This document shows, in pieces, positions 35,401 through 48,833 of a stretch of DNA of 64,000 nucleotides. The stretch is from Lenisia limosa (lineage: Eukaryota > Protista > Breviatea). A model generated the notes under the pieces. The model saw only the letters and a program-made list of their open reading frames with translations, was not told the origin of the DNA and ran no database searches. A program made the translations under genes and the position numbers. Position 1 is the first letter of the stretch, and each line of letters starts with the position of its first letter. Where the stretch lies: NCBI GenBank assembly GCA_001655205.1, contig LPNZ01010852.1:1-64000 (forward strand), written 5' to 3'.

Positions 35401-38400
35401 GCCCAGCATAGGCCCACCTTCTCAAAGTGCGTGAGGTAGTTGATGAAGCCATTGTGCGACTGGACGTTCCATCCACGAGGCTGCTGGGGGGTGTCGTAGC
35501 GGATGATGAGCTGAGTGCGGGCAATATCCGGACCTGGAAAAATATGAGAACTCGATTTCGTAATCCTCTTCACACTATCCTATCCTATTCAGATAACATT
35601 CTTGATATAAGCAGTGCGTACCGGCAGTGGAAGGGACCTTGTAGGGGAAGTGCTTTCCGTTAGCCTGGGTCAGGTCGAAGTGGGCATTGTTGGCCGTCTG
35701 GGCATGAGCAGAAGATAGAGGGCCATATTGGATAAAATGAGAAGGGTGCAAGATTCAAAACATGTTACATTGTTAAATGGATACATGGTGAGGGCGAATG
35801 AGAACAGCGGAAAGTAGCATACCTTTGAATGGACTTCGACAGAGAACGGAATGTCTGAATTGGTTGGTCTAAGAGGAAACCAGGAACATTTTTTTGTCTT
35901 CAGGTAATATACATGTACAGTGACCGGGATAAGTCTTAACCGATTTGCCAAGTGATATCCCAGGGAAAATCGGTCAAGACTTATCCTGGTCAGTGTACAC
36001 AAATCAAAACAAGGATAATGAAAGAGCGTACTGGTTCCCTTGCAGGTCTTCCAGAAGTCGTCCAAGGCGGTTCTTCTCTCATCCTCAACTGTGGCAGCAG
36101 CACGACGCAAGCTGCAGCGGTAAGGTGTGGAGGGATGAGGAATTGTGGAGGTTTTAAACACAGTTGAAAGCAGAACAAGGCAAACTCATCAACAGTCTGC
36201 GTGGAGACTTCCTTGATGCCGGTGATGGTGTGAAGGTTGTTGTAGCGGATAACCGTGTCTAGGCATGTCAGATGGGTCAACGTGAATTTAAACACTCATA
36301 TATAAAAAAAGTGAGTTTTTCATTAAATCATAAGGATGACAGGACCCACCAGTGAGTTGCGCGTAACCCCAGGTGTGGAAGATTTTGCCTTCGTGCTCGC
36401 CTGACAGGTATGGGAATCCAATGTAGCCACTAAAGTGTCAGAGCACATCGGGCGGGAGGGGGGTCTAACCTCGGGATCTTGAGAGAGTAGTCATGGTAGC
36501 CCTTCTTGGTGGGGTCGGAGTCTTCTCCAGGAAGCTCATGGAAATACTTCGGAACAATTTCGAACTGAAACGTCAAACATGGCAACGGGAGCTGTTAATG
36601 TAGGCCGAGCTTACGTCGATGGGGAGCATCCGGCCGCGGACAGAGTCGGGAAGGGAGTCCTTGACGGTCACCTTGTAGTAGTACAGGCCGCTAAAGCCAT
36701 CGCGGATCGTGACCACGTTAATGTTCTGCATTGTGAGACAAAAGAGCCTTCATGACAAACCTCAAAATCGAAAGCCAGAGGCGCAGTGTCGATGTTGTGG
36801 TCGGAAGGCTCAATAGTAATGTGCTCGCGGATTGAGGGGTCAACAGTCACGTCAATGAAGCTGGAACGTGAGCAATGCTGGCGGTTTTTATATAATGATA
36901 AGACCAGCAGACTTGTACTTCCTGGGCGCGAGGATGGTGTGGACGAAGCCGCTGAGAAGGTCGTGTCCGCTAATGGGCTATACAATGAGCCATGTTGAGC
37001 AGCGAAGCAACTTGCTTCTTGTCATACCATGGCATCGATGACGTCAGATTCGATCGCTCCGTTGACCATGTTCCAGTCAAAGCCGGCGTTGTTGAAGACC
37101 TCGATCTTGATGTACGTGACTGAGCCCTTTTCGAGGATGCATTGAGAGCCGTCGTAGCCTCCAACATAGGTACTAATTGCAACGTCTCCGAAGCTGAAAC
37201 GTCAAAACAATGGCTTGGAAGATAAAGAAACGTTAAAACAACGGTTTTGAAGACAAAGATACTTGAAAAGCCACTCCAGGGGAAATGATGTGCCAAGCAG
37301 GCCTACCCATAATGGTTGATGTAGATGGGCATGGTCCATTCGCGCTCCTCTTCAGGGGGGTCGGCAATCCTGGAATGGTGAATGGAGCGCTCCATGCAAA
37401 GCCGCCTACTCTACGATGCCGAAGTGCAGAGAACTGAACGTGAGAGCCGAGACAGGGATGGCCTCATAGTTCATTTCAAGATCGTGTCTACTCGATAAAA
37501 GATCGCTTCCCTAATACAAATACAGTTCTGAATAAATCTTGGGTCTTTTGTGAAATAACGTCTTCCTTGATTAACTTGTTTCACTATTGACTCCGTACCT
37601 GATGGCAATCATGGTGCTGACGGGGTCGTCAACAATGAGATAAGCGTTGGGTCCGAGGGCTGGGTTCCAGTACACAACTGCTCAGTCAATATCGTTACGA
37701 GATTATTGCTGCTCTTCAATCCTCCCACATCTGCCTCCGTCTTGGACTTTGGTAATGCCTTCCTGCTTGGTGAACTCAAGGGGCTCCAAGCTGTACAGAA
37801 TGTTGATGGTTTCCTGGGGGGGGGGGGGNNNNNNNNNNNNNNNNNNNNNNNNNNNNNNNNNNNNNNNNNNNNNNNNNNNNNNNNNNNNNNNNNNNNNNNN
37901 NNNNNNNNNNNNNNATGATACAGAACAATACCTTGGCGTTTCCTCTGAGTGCGGCGGCGAAGTAGAGCCAGTCACGTGGCGTCGGGGTCTCAAGAAGGTT
38001 GTTGTAGGTATGGATGTTTTCTGCAAGGAGGAAACGAAGTGTAAAGGGGATGATAGAGTAATTAACCCAAGATAAGATACTTGGGGATGATAGAGCAATT
38101 AAACCAAGATACCTGGGGTGTACTGCGGGACAGAGACATCGCAATCGTAGTTAACCAGACGGTCATCATCCTTGTCCAGAGTGTGATCAATGGGGACACT
38201 ACAGGGTAAGATCCGCAGCTGATGCTAACGCTTACATGTTGTTTTGGTACACGTTGAGCGGGTACGTGGCCATGCGGTGGTCGGCCTGACAGGTCAATAT
38301 CATCCCCAATTCAATTCTAAATGCCGTTCTGGTCCGTTTGATGCCCCCTCCCCTACACGAGGGTCAACCTTGATGCGGTTGCGGTTGAAGAGGCAGCCAT

Positions 38401-41400
38401 AAATGTTCTTCAGCCCGGTGCGCTGCATGGCTAAAACGTCAAAATCAACACAACGTGCTCGTCATCGGTCGGACCATTGCATGCCCCAGTTACCAGGAGT
38501 GAGGTTGTCGAGCTTGTCAACAGACACCCATCCGACTTCATCTGTCAGCAGGTCCTTATCCACGGAAATGTCGTTGGACGTTGACTACATTGTGAGCGGC
38601 TTCGGATGGCCAGGATCACAAACCTGTCCGGCAATGAGGGTATGGTCCTTGTTCTGCAGGTTGTCAGACCACCATCCCTTATGGTCTCCATAGCGGCCGT
38701 GTCCTCTGCTTTGTCAGTATTTGTTGCTGCATGAAGTTGATGTATTTGCGCTACAATGTTCTTCAAAAAAAACCCTCCAATGTAAGCAGTATTTCAAAAA
38801 GAACTCACCTGTCAGGCGAATAGGCCATGTTGTATCCGACACCCTTGAAGAGTGGGAAGGCAATGATGTTGTGGGGGTGCTTGGAATGGTCGATATTGGG
38901 AATGCGGTTGTCCATGTCTGAAGCGTGAAAACGGCTTTAACGCTAGTCACTCACGGTTTTTGTCGCCCTGTCACTCACGGTATTTGTAGCCGATGTCGAA
39001 CGGGGTGTCATCGTAGTCGTAGTGCTGAAGGTTCCACATGTTCTCCTTGATGTAGTTCTTGGGCCAGTAGTCCGCGGTCTGCTTCATGTAGTTGAAGGGA
39101 TTGCAGTATGGGTCGGGGTCCACGGCTGAATCGTGTCAATATCACATGAAAGAAAGGAAGTACAATTAAAGCGTATTGTAATAGTATACTACATAGGTAT
39201 ATGATGTATTGCAATATACTACAAGGTAATATATGATAATGCTAAATAGTTGGTTGTTAACACAAAAAAAGCAGACAATGTCCGCAGCACCCACCCTTTT
39301 CGGTGTTCATTCTGTGGAAGGTGGGCAGGTCCTTGAGACCGTCGCATCCGTCATACCACTCCTCCGTGGCAGCGCAATGCTTGGCTTGCTACAATGTCAC
39401 AAAATGATATCAATGTTGCTGGCTAAACGGTTTTCCCAATTATGATTTGAAGACAACAAAAAGAGAAAAAGAAAACCGGGCCAGACCTGGATGAGATCAC
39501 GTTGTTCGTCATTCATTTCTTGACAAGCCAGGGTGGTCTCCTCCTTCATACATGCGCCATAAGAAGCATCAAAGGCGGTCTGGTGGGTTAGAGGGCACTA
39601 TGAGTGTTCTTCATTTGGGTTAAAAAAAAAAAGAAAATCATCAATATGAAGGTCTTTTTTTGGAACGCACGTTGAGGTACTGAGTAGTTGACTGGAAGTC
39701 GTCAGTGAGCTTGCCGTCAAGCTGCCCGTCAAGGAACTTCCTGAAGGGCTTGCTGGTGAAAAGGTACTCGTTGGCCTGGCAGTATGTTGGCTCAAAGGAC
39801 TTGGGATAGTTGTTGATGAGTTTGACTTGCGCCTTGATCGTCATCTCCTCGTCTGAAGNNNNNNNNNNNNNNNNNNNNNNNNNNNNNNNNNNNNNNNNNN
39901 NNNNNNNNNNNNNNNNNNNNNNNNNNNNNNNNNNNNNNNNNNNNNNNNNNNNNNNNNNNAACTCCTAACAAAAAGGATGAACAGCTTACCTCTTGTTGTA
40001 TTGGTGATGGACAGCCTCGAAAGTTGTGGTCATCCAGAAGTTACTGAATGATTACTCAAGTAATATATAGAATTCCTCAACAAAGAGAAAGCCGCAGCAC
40101 CAACCGAAGCGGAGGGGGAATGGGAGGAATGTCGAAATACACAGTGCGGATGGGCTGGTGCCATTGCCGTCCCCAGATATCCTTCCTGCGGCGTTAACGG
40201 ACCTGGCACGCAGTACGCCTACCAAGACATGTGCGACGTGACAGGGATGGCAGGGATGCTGAGCGACAGGCCAGTGTTGACGTACTCCCGGAAGGGCACG
40301 GAGGAGATACCGAGGGTCACGGCCATGTTGAAGGCATTGGAACGTGACACCACACCGGTGCTGAGGGATGTTAACTGTTCTTGCATGGCTTGTTTGGTTA
40401 CCTTGCTTGAGGGTGGAACTCAATGGCACCCCACACGGTCTGATGGGCCTTCATTTCCTGGACGTAATGGGCGGTGCGAACCTGGGGGGTGAATCCAATA
40501 CTTAAGTAAAGCAAGACATTGAAGAGTGGTACAACTCCTTTAAAAAGACGTCAATGAGTGGTACGACGAAATTAGTTGTCCCTCCTACAATGGGGTTGAT
40601 GGCCTCGTAAGGCATCATGTAGGTTTCGTTGTTAAACGTTCCGCGCGAGAGGCGATGATGCAGCCTGAATTGTCAGTTTGGCCGAATTATGTTTGCGAGT
40701 ATCCCCATTAAATTGTATCTTTAGATTTTGTGAAAGAAGTGACATTGAGACGTATGAAGAAATGAATAACGTACTTGATGGCGGGTAAGTCGTAATACAA
40801 AGTCTTGTTCATTGTCACGGTAGAGTAGTCGGTGTCGACAACGGTAAAAGCCTCATAAGGACGCTCGGCGTTGGGAATGGACATGTCGAACTCCAGCCTG
40901 AACGTCAACCAAGCAAGAAGCCAGCTTACTTGGAGGCTTCGAAGTCGACTGTGAAGACGTCTGGAGCACCGGAAAGGTACTGGAAGACAACCTCCATCTG
41001 CGAGTCCTTGCCGTCGCTTTCGTTGGGCATGTTGCCGCGACGGAAATACATCTCAACAACGTTGCCCGTCACGGTCGTGGAAATAACCGCCACCTAGGCC
41101 ATAAGCTGTCTTTGATGGCCATAAGCTGTTTTTTTTATAAGGAACCGGACACGCACCTGGTCCGCAGCGAATGTGATTGCTTCGAGCTCAATGGCGTTGG
41201 CTGGGAGGGTCACACCAGCAGGCAGCGTGAATCTGCAGATACCGCCTCGTCTATTGCGTTAGAACAGAACTTGTCAAATAAGGCTTGGTGTTGTGACTGG
41301 TGGCAACAGACCTGGTCAGCTCCGGTTTGAGGATGAAAGTGCCTCTCCAGGCGTACAGAATACGGACGTTGTTGTAGGTACCGTAGCTGGGATATGAAAT

Positions 41401-44400
41401 CCAAAGTAGACCTACTTGACATCTTCCATTGAGGGGTCGTAGTACCACTCGTTCTCTCCGTTGATTCCAATCTCCTTGACAAAATACATGGCCTCGTCTC
41501 CGCTGGTGATCTGCTGTTGGCCGTAGGCAAGCTGCGGAGTTAATGCTACCATCAAGATGAATATTAGGGCTCAGCTTTGCATCATTAAGAGAGGACATGA
41601 TGATGAAACACATACCGCGACCGGCATAAGCCAATGAGTGAGACGGGTCTTGCCACCAGTCAAGGCGTCCAGAGCCTCCAGGTCGACCTTGTTGTTGTCA
41701 CAGCGCTCCAGAAGGCCGTTACTGTAGTGGTGTGACTTCTTGCCACGGGGGTAGTAGGCTCCTGAGGCCTTGGTGGAGTCGAAGTAGCCTTCAACAACCT
41801 TGTTACCGGAGGCGCCGCCGTAGCCGGAGATGCAATCCTACAATGTCAGACGGACAGGTGATACGTTGGAATGAGATTCTACTTACGACACTTCACACTG
41901 CCATCATGTTTATCCAAAGATTATGGACATAACCCAAGATGGGTGGGGCTGTAGTTGATTTGGACATACCCCAAGATGGGTGGGGCTGTAGTTATCGACA
42001 GTGTAGATGTCACCACTGTTGTAGCCTTCACTATGGGGGTATTTGGCTACACAAATCAATGACGCATCGAACATTAAGGTAAATACATATAATAGGCCTT
42101 GACTAATTGCACTCCTCGCAACCCACTGAAGATGGTTTTGAGGTAGAACGTGTCAACACGCGAGAACAGCAGCTCGGCCTTGAGCCTGTTGCCGTCAGGA
42201 TGCATGGCCCATGAGGGTGGCGCTCCTCCAGCAAACTGTCAGTGTCAGTGTTGGATTGAAATCATACAGTGAAGGATAATAGTTCAAGACTTATCTCAGT
42301 CACTGTAGGTACAACAATGTTTCAATTCATTACGACGCCAACTCACGGCGTCGTCAATGGGGTGCGAAGCGTAGCCCTCCACAGTGTTCAGATCGTGGAA
42401 CGGCATGAGGCGCTGAGTGGCGTGCTCGTAGAACTGCGCACTGTCGGCGAAGTAGGCCTGATGGTAAGAGCTTGATTCAAAGCCTAGGAAACGTTGACTG
42501 ATTCAAAGCCTGGAAAACGTTGAACATTCGGATCTCACCTGCTTGATGACGTTCTTGTCATGGTCCATGTTAGTGGCCATGTTACTGCCGGGAACTAGAT
42601 GGTCAGAAGAGCCACTATCACGCTGGTGACAAAAGCCCGACACACACCTTTGTTCATGTCTTCGATGGGGTCGCCACCGACACCGTCAGGAATGACCTCG
42701 GCACGGGGGTACTTGAAGAACTTGACGGGAGTGTCCCAGTTGGCTCCGAGCCTGTTGTTGCGACTGGCGAACAGACGGAAGTCCAGGAAGTCCTCCTCGC
42801 GAGGGTCTTCAAAAGACGTCATGGGGTAGACATAGTCGGCCACCTGTGGAGTCAGAGAAAAGAGGCTGGTGACTCACCTTATTGACCTCCTTCTTGTAGT
42901 ACATGTAGTCGAAAGTCAGCGGCGTGCACGTGCCCTAGACGGTGATGACAGATCAGAGATCAGCCTACGAGTTGGTCAGAGCCGTCAAGGACGGGTGACA
43001 CGAGGGCAATGGTGTTGGTGTGCCAAACGTCAAGCGCCATCGTCTCTTCCTGGAGAAAATCAACCTCAAAATTGACTTGAAAAGCGCGAAAGCAATTAGA
43101 TATGGACACGCCGGCGCACCTTGTTCTCAGCCCACACGACTTGGTCGGTGAACGCACCCTTGCCCGGGATGGGGTAGTGACCGAGAGGGTCGAGGTTGGC
43201 GTCGGTTCGGATGAGGGCCGCCATTGCGGCGGCGATGGTGATGGCTCCGTAGTCGGCTGTGATCTGGAGATCGTTTCTCCTGAGGCGGGTTATCAAGGAG
43301 GAAAGCATGGAACAGATGCTGATGAAAAAAAAAAGCAGAAAGAAAAAAACTAGGGCAAAATGAGGATGTGATTACCATGGGATAGTGTAGAGGATGACAG
43401 GCTGGATGAGAGGGACGGCGTCACGGACTTGGGTGATTAAAACGTCCTCGATGAAGATCTGTAAAGTTAGATGGAGCTTGCAGTGCCACGTCATCATTAC
43501 CTTGAAAGTGACAGACATTTGACGATGTGCAGGCACACCCATGTCTGAGGCGCAGATGTAACTGAACGGTAAGACAGGAACGCCTAGAACGCGCGAGGAA
43601 GTCGTTAACCAGGGCCTACCGGAGATTCCTGTCCATGAACTCGGGGGCCGTGGTCCCGGGCTGGAGCGAGCAGCCGGCTGGCGCTTCGATGACATAGCAG
43701 CCTTGGGCAATGAACACCTTCAGAGGTCAGTCAGCACAAGGGGTGGGGGTGGGATTTCAGCTTCGAATCGAAAATAAACAAGAGACCTCCGCTGACCTCA
43801 AAACTGTTGACGGTGATCTCTTGATCGTAGACGTTCATCATTGTGGAGCTGACCTGGACCAGTCACAACACCATTGAAGACCTACAGAAAGCTGAATCTG
43901 CTCGAGGGCAGGGATGACCTCAACGGGGGTGTCGACAGCCGAGTTGAGCACCAGAGGACGAGAGGTAGCGGCCCACACCGGGGAGAGAATGTACGGGTAA
44001 TAAGTGGAAGATCTGAAAAAGTGAGACGCAGACGACCTCCGGTAGCGCTTACCCAAGAGGCCGTCCAAGATTGATGTAGACCTGACCCTTGCCGTAGAAG
44101 CGGTGCATGAGCATGGGAGCAGGATCGGTGACACGCACAGTGTCCATGACGCCGCTGATGATGTTCTTCTTGAAGTACTCCACAGTGGTCATATCAACGG
44201 TCGCGACAGTCTATGGTCATTAACAGCACTGCGCAGCCAACCTTGAGAGAGCCCTGCTTGGCCACGACGGGGATGGTGCTGATTCCGATGCGGCGCCGGC
44301 GGTCACTTTCCTCTTGGCTCCACTACACCGTGAGACAAATCGACTTAGAGAAGGAGCAAACCTTGAGGGCGGAGAAGCAGGCCATGCGGTGGGCAAAGGC

Positions 44401-46296
44401 CTCGTCAGTGTCGCCGAGAGTGCCCTGGTCTGTGATGTTAGAGCTCTTTCATTATCTGTCTCGACGCCAACCAGGCATGTCAAGAAGGTCGCAGCCCTCA
44501 ATGTAGGCGCTAGACTTGCTCTTGACTGTGTCCAGAACATTGGTCATGTCGAAAGTGCCGGAAGTAACCTGGTGAAATAAGACGGAAAATGGATTGGGTC
44601 CCATTACAGGACTCGCATACCAGGTTAAGCTTCTCAGCAATCCAGGCACCCTTTTGCGAAGCGAAAACAGTTCCACCTGCAAAGTTAGGGATGATAAATG
44701 CGATAAGGGATTGGTAATCTGCCAGTTCACCCACCAGATGACACCCAGCTGCGGATCTTGCTGGCACCGCCGCTGCCAATCTTGTTCATGATCTGGTCAA
44801 CACCAAGAGCTAAAATGTGAACAATGTGCTGACAGAAGAAGACAAACTGCACATGCCTCATAAACAACACAAAAGTATTAGTTCAACAAACCATAGATGT
44901 TGCTAATGATGAGAGTCTCGAAGCGGCGCTGGCCGTTGCTGGCCATGAGAATGCCTTCCTTGATGTCGTTGGGGGTGACAAGAACCAGGGACGCTTCCTC
45001 GGGAGTGGCTGAAACGTCAAGCTGTGACTTTCAATGCATCATTATCAAAACACTGTCTTTCCTCCCACCAGTGTCGGCAATGTACTTGTGGTAGCCGTCG
45101 GAGTCCTGTATAAGGGTTAAGTTTACGAGTTCCCTCAAAGCAACAAATCAACCGCTCCCCAAGTCAAACAAATTGCTCCAACCAAACGCCTACCCAGCAT
45201 TGCTTGAAGCGAGAGCCAGTCCAGGACTTCAGGGGGCTGCAGAAGCTGGAGGCCTCGGGGAACAGAGGCATCTTCTCCCCTTGTACGGTGCCCTCTGACT
45301 GGTTCGTGAGACGACATAAAAAGAAACTAGAGAAAAAAACTTACATAGAGAATAGCAACACCACCATTGTAGATAGCCTTGGCTTTGGTGGCGTCCATAT
45401 CAGTGTTAGCAAAGATGCGGTAGATGAAGGCTTCAGCAATGTCCTCATCCTCAAGCCCAGCACTGGACAGGCTGATGATGGCACCCTGATTGGTCACAAT
45501 TATACCTTTTACAGTCCTTTAACATTTTACGACAAAAAAATAAACGCATTTCCTTTTTAACAATGTCAAAATATGCTCTTCACTCACAACCTAATCAAGA
45601 AACTCCAATATAGGCATGTATGTGTTTCATATCAAAAGAACTAATATACCGCCACAGCTCACATCAGGGAAGTGGATAGCAGTTGAGTTGACTGTCTTGG
45701 TGAAAGCGTAGGGGTAAACCAAGAGTTGAGCTCTATGGAGACGGAGATTTGATGATACAAAGCGATAAGCGTTGTAAATTGATTTTGTAGTCAGTTCATC
45801 GTAGGCGTCAGTGGAGTGAAGGTACTAGAAAGGTAAATCGAAATCGGAAGAATAGTAAATCAACCCTCGGACATGCTACGCGCTGTGCATACCTGTATTT
45901 GTCCAAAAGGAATAAAGGCAACTTCATCAACAGAGATTGGTTCAATGCCACGTCTATGGCCATTCACTAAAAAATATAATGTCGGACCAAATCCCAAGGA
46001 TTTATATTGACTCTCAAACCTTCATTGCCATCAGCAGAAAGTCCTGCAAAAGAACCAGTAGCATCCAACTCAGCGTCTTTGTTGATACTATTGCGGGAGA
46101 CGAATGGCAGACCGGTATCTGCTTCAAATTCATTCGGATAGTCTTCAAGGGGATCAGTGGGGAACTGGACTTCTCTATCCCTCTCTTCAACAGTGTTTTC
46201 TAGCGGAAGAGTTTTAAAGGGGAGCACCTCAAAACATGACGCCAAAGAGAGAAACGTTAAAAATATTGTTAATAGTAGCCTAAAGGAGCCTCTCAT
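32417..46296 (-). CDS. Giant type-I membrane protein of unknown family (signal peptide, very long ectodomain, one TM helix, cytoplasmic tail); many exons
   Basis: ATG 46296 gives MRGSFRLLLTIFLTFLSLASC (signal peptide). A continuous series of GT-AG exons with strong C/G-ending codon bias runs across 45.9-33.4 kb. TM segment WWKFLLFFLTSGGIMAAAAVFYLRR at ~33370-33440. Final exon ends RAPRPRTADPASGHRI-TAA at 32417. I cannot exclude that it is two adjacent genes. Confidence 0.72.
34911..34988. mobile_element. MITE family B (Tc1/mariner-like), 78 bp, intronic
   Basis: TA|CTGTGACCAGGATAAGTCTTGACCTATTT...AAATCGGTCAAGACTTATCCCAGTCACTG|TA; 29-bp TIR. Confidence 0.88.
35918..35995. mobile_element. MITE family B, 78 bp, intronic
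   Basis: TA|CAGTGACCGGGATAAGTCTTAACCGATTT...AAATCGGTCAAGACTTATCCTGGTCAGTG|TA. Confidence 0.88.
42267..42305. mobile_element. MITE family B, internally deleted 39-bp copy, intronic
   Basis: TA|CAGTGAAGGATAA...TCAAGACTTATCTCAGTCACTG|TA. Confidence 0.7.
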
Positions 46297-46613
46297 CTTT
46301 CCGAAAAAAAGTAGCGAACTTTATTGGAGAAACAAGTATGGAGGTTTTGATAACCAACGTCTACACAACTAAACTAACATATAACAAGTAATTTTTGCCG
46401 CTGATGAAAGCATTTTTTTTAAACGATAATATTGTTTCAAAGTCATCCCCAGGTGATGTTATTATATTTGCAAATTGGCATTTTCCAAATCCAGAATTTT
46501 CAATCGCACTATCACTGCTCAATAATATTATATATATTATCAGTATATTATCGAAGAAGAGAAGAATATATTATATAGTATAAAATTAGATTCTTCATAT
46601 AATACAACCAACC

Positions 46614-48671
46614 ATGTTGCTTTCCGCTCTTATTTTAATATAGTTTGTGGGTGTGGATTTATGGAATCTTGAATGGGTAAGACCTTTTAAAAAAATGATA
46701 ATTAATAGTCATTGAATTTTTGATTAATTAGTTCATGTAACTTACTTCAGCCTATTGTCATCTACCTTCGTTTTGGTGACACCATTTTCTCTTGGGATTG
46801 ATGGTAACCCAACGTTCAATACCATAAAGTGAGTGAATGTCGTACTTTTAGCTTACGTTTCAGAGTTCTTGGAACACCAACAGATCCTAATGATGCTGCA
46901 ACTGTTGTAAGCAATCAGTGTTTTTTTTTTTGCAAAGCTTTAACTAATCAGCAACATGTACACGATAAGTTAGCAGCTGAGGTTGCAACCCTCAAAGAGT
47001 TCATGGTGAACAGTACTGGTGGGTCAAGCATATGTCAATTATACAGTGTACTCCCTTCTTTTAGTTGTTCTCACTCTTTTTCCCTCCAGCTATCTATCCA
47101 AGTTGTTGGCCGGCACGCTTTACAGGGGTTGCTGCTTTCTATAGCCTTTATTTGGATGACGAAATTGTTAAAGGTTGTAATTTAGCAACTAGATGCTCTT
47201 CCAGAAAGCAACTTTAATTGTGTAGTGTGGTGTAGAGAAGATGGATATGGCCTTATTGCTGCCCTTCAAACTGATCAAACCCCCTCTACTGTTTGTCACC
47301 TGCTTAACCACTTGTCTTATCCAACAGTTTACCTTAGATCAACATCAACAGTATGGACAGGCTGACGGAGCTGTAAGACACTTGTTTTAGTTGATGGTTT
47401 AGTTCCTACTTCACCCTGACAATTACAATGGACATCTCAAGTTCTCTATCTTGCCTAACGACAAAGATTTCCAGTTTGAGTGCAGAGTATGTAGGGAATA
47501 CAAATACTAGCTTTTCACTCCGCAACGAAAATTCCAATGTGAATAACCATTCCCAGTCAGCAGTCGAAGACTCCTGGTCCGTATACGATGCAACCGTGCC
47601 TGTGGATATGGACCTTGGTACTGTCGGCCAGTACGGCGCCGTGGATACTGGAGAATGGATTGCGGTTGATACTTTGGTTGGTTCATGGTTGACCATCATT
47701 GGGATACACTTCAACAAAGAGACTGAAATTTTTGTTAAAAGTTTCACTACAATAGGGCGATTAAATTAGTTTTTTTTTTTGTTAAATTTTTAAATATTTA
47801 ATAAATTTTGCCAAGCGATTAAATTTTCAATTATTTAAGTTTTTTTGGGGGGAAGGGGGTTCCCCAGGTATTTGAATAGTACCCCATTGACTCTCTCCCC
47901 CGCTTGCCACCCAAAGCTCGCTTCCGCTTTTCCTCTTCTCATTTTGATGGAAGAACTCCCCCAAGATATTGCAGATGCCGTTTTCGATTACCATGGAGAT
48001 GATGGTGCCATCCCCGCCCACCCCCTCACACCTCTTCCCAATTGCTAACTGTTTCACATGCACTCGTTATGAAAAAAGGAGAGCTACCAAACATAAGGTG
48101 CTTGGCACCCTGAGGGTATTTCCTCAAGGCGGTAAAAAAATATTTAAATATTACTTTTCCCATTTTTCAAATATTTGAAGTCTAAATATTAAAAACAAAA
48201 TAAATATTGTAAATAAGACCTAATATTTGGAAAATATTTTATTATTATTTGATAATTTAATCGCCCTAATCATCGCTTCAGTTATTATTACAATCCTAGC
48301 ATAGGTAACCTTTTTAGAATCTCAGTGGTCGTGGAGGAATATTTGTATGTGGAAGTAGTGTCCAGGTATGTTAAAACAGGAGACAGCCATGTAAGACTAT
48401 TGTTTTATCATGTTTCAGAGCGCGCATGGAGGTATTGGTCTGTGTCAGGGAACCCCTGTGAATAATGGATCGTTTGACAATCATTTGTTTGTGGTCTGGT
48501 TTTTTGCGTTATCTTCTAGGGCATCTCTGAGCTTCAACCCAAGTGAAGCAGCAATTGGATGCAATGGGGTTGGAGATAGGAACAGTGGAAACTCTCAGGT
48601 AAGTTGATAATTTCAAAAAAAAAATATTATAATTTATTACTCAGATCCGTGTTTGGCTTGACCTTAACTAA
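46614..48671 (+). CDS. Putative secreted hypothetical protein, multi-exon, divergent from the giant membrane protein gene
   Basis: MLLSALIL start; exons LLSSTFVLVTPFSLGIDGNPTFNTIK, RVLGTPTDPNDAATV, DKLAAEVATLKEF, SAVEDSWSVYDATVPVDMDLG, GGIGLCQGTPVNNG; contains a 516-bp inserted element. Confidence 0.45.
47753..48268. mobile_element. Non-autonomous TIR element, 516 bp, with AT-rich ends and a GC-richer core
   Basis: TAGGGCGATTAAATTA ... TAATTTAATCGCCCTA perfect 16-nt inverted termini including TA; subterminal GCGATTAAATT repeat at ~47816. Confidence 0.8.
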
Positions 48672-48833
48672 ACTAGTATGTATCAATGTTTTGACCTTAC
48701 AATGTATGAATTGCAATAATATATTAACCACCTGAAAAAATACCATCATAGAGCACACCATAAGAGTAACACACAAGCAATTCGTATTCAGGAGGTAAAG
48801 CGTCTAGGTGTGAAAATAAGAGGTCTATAACTC

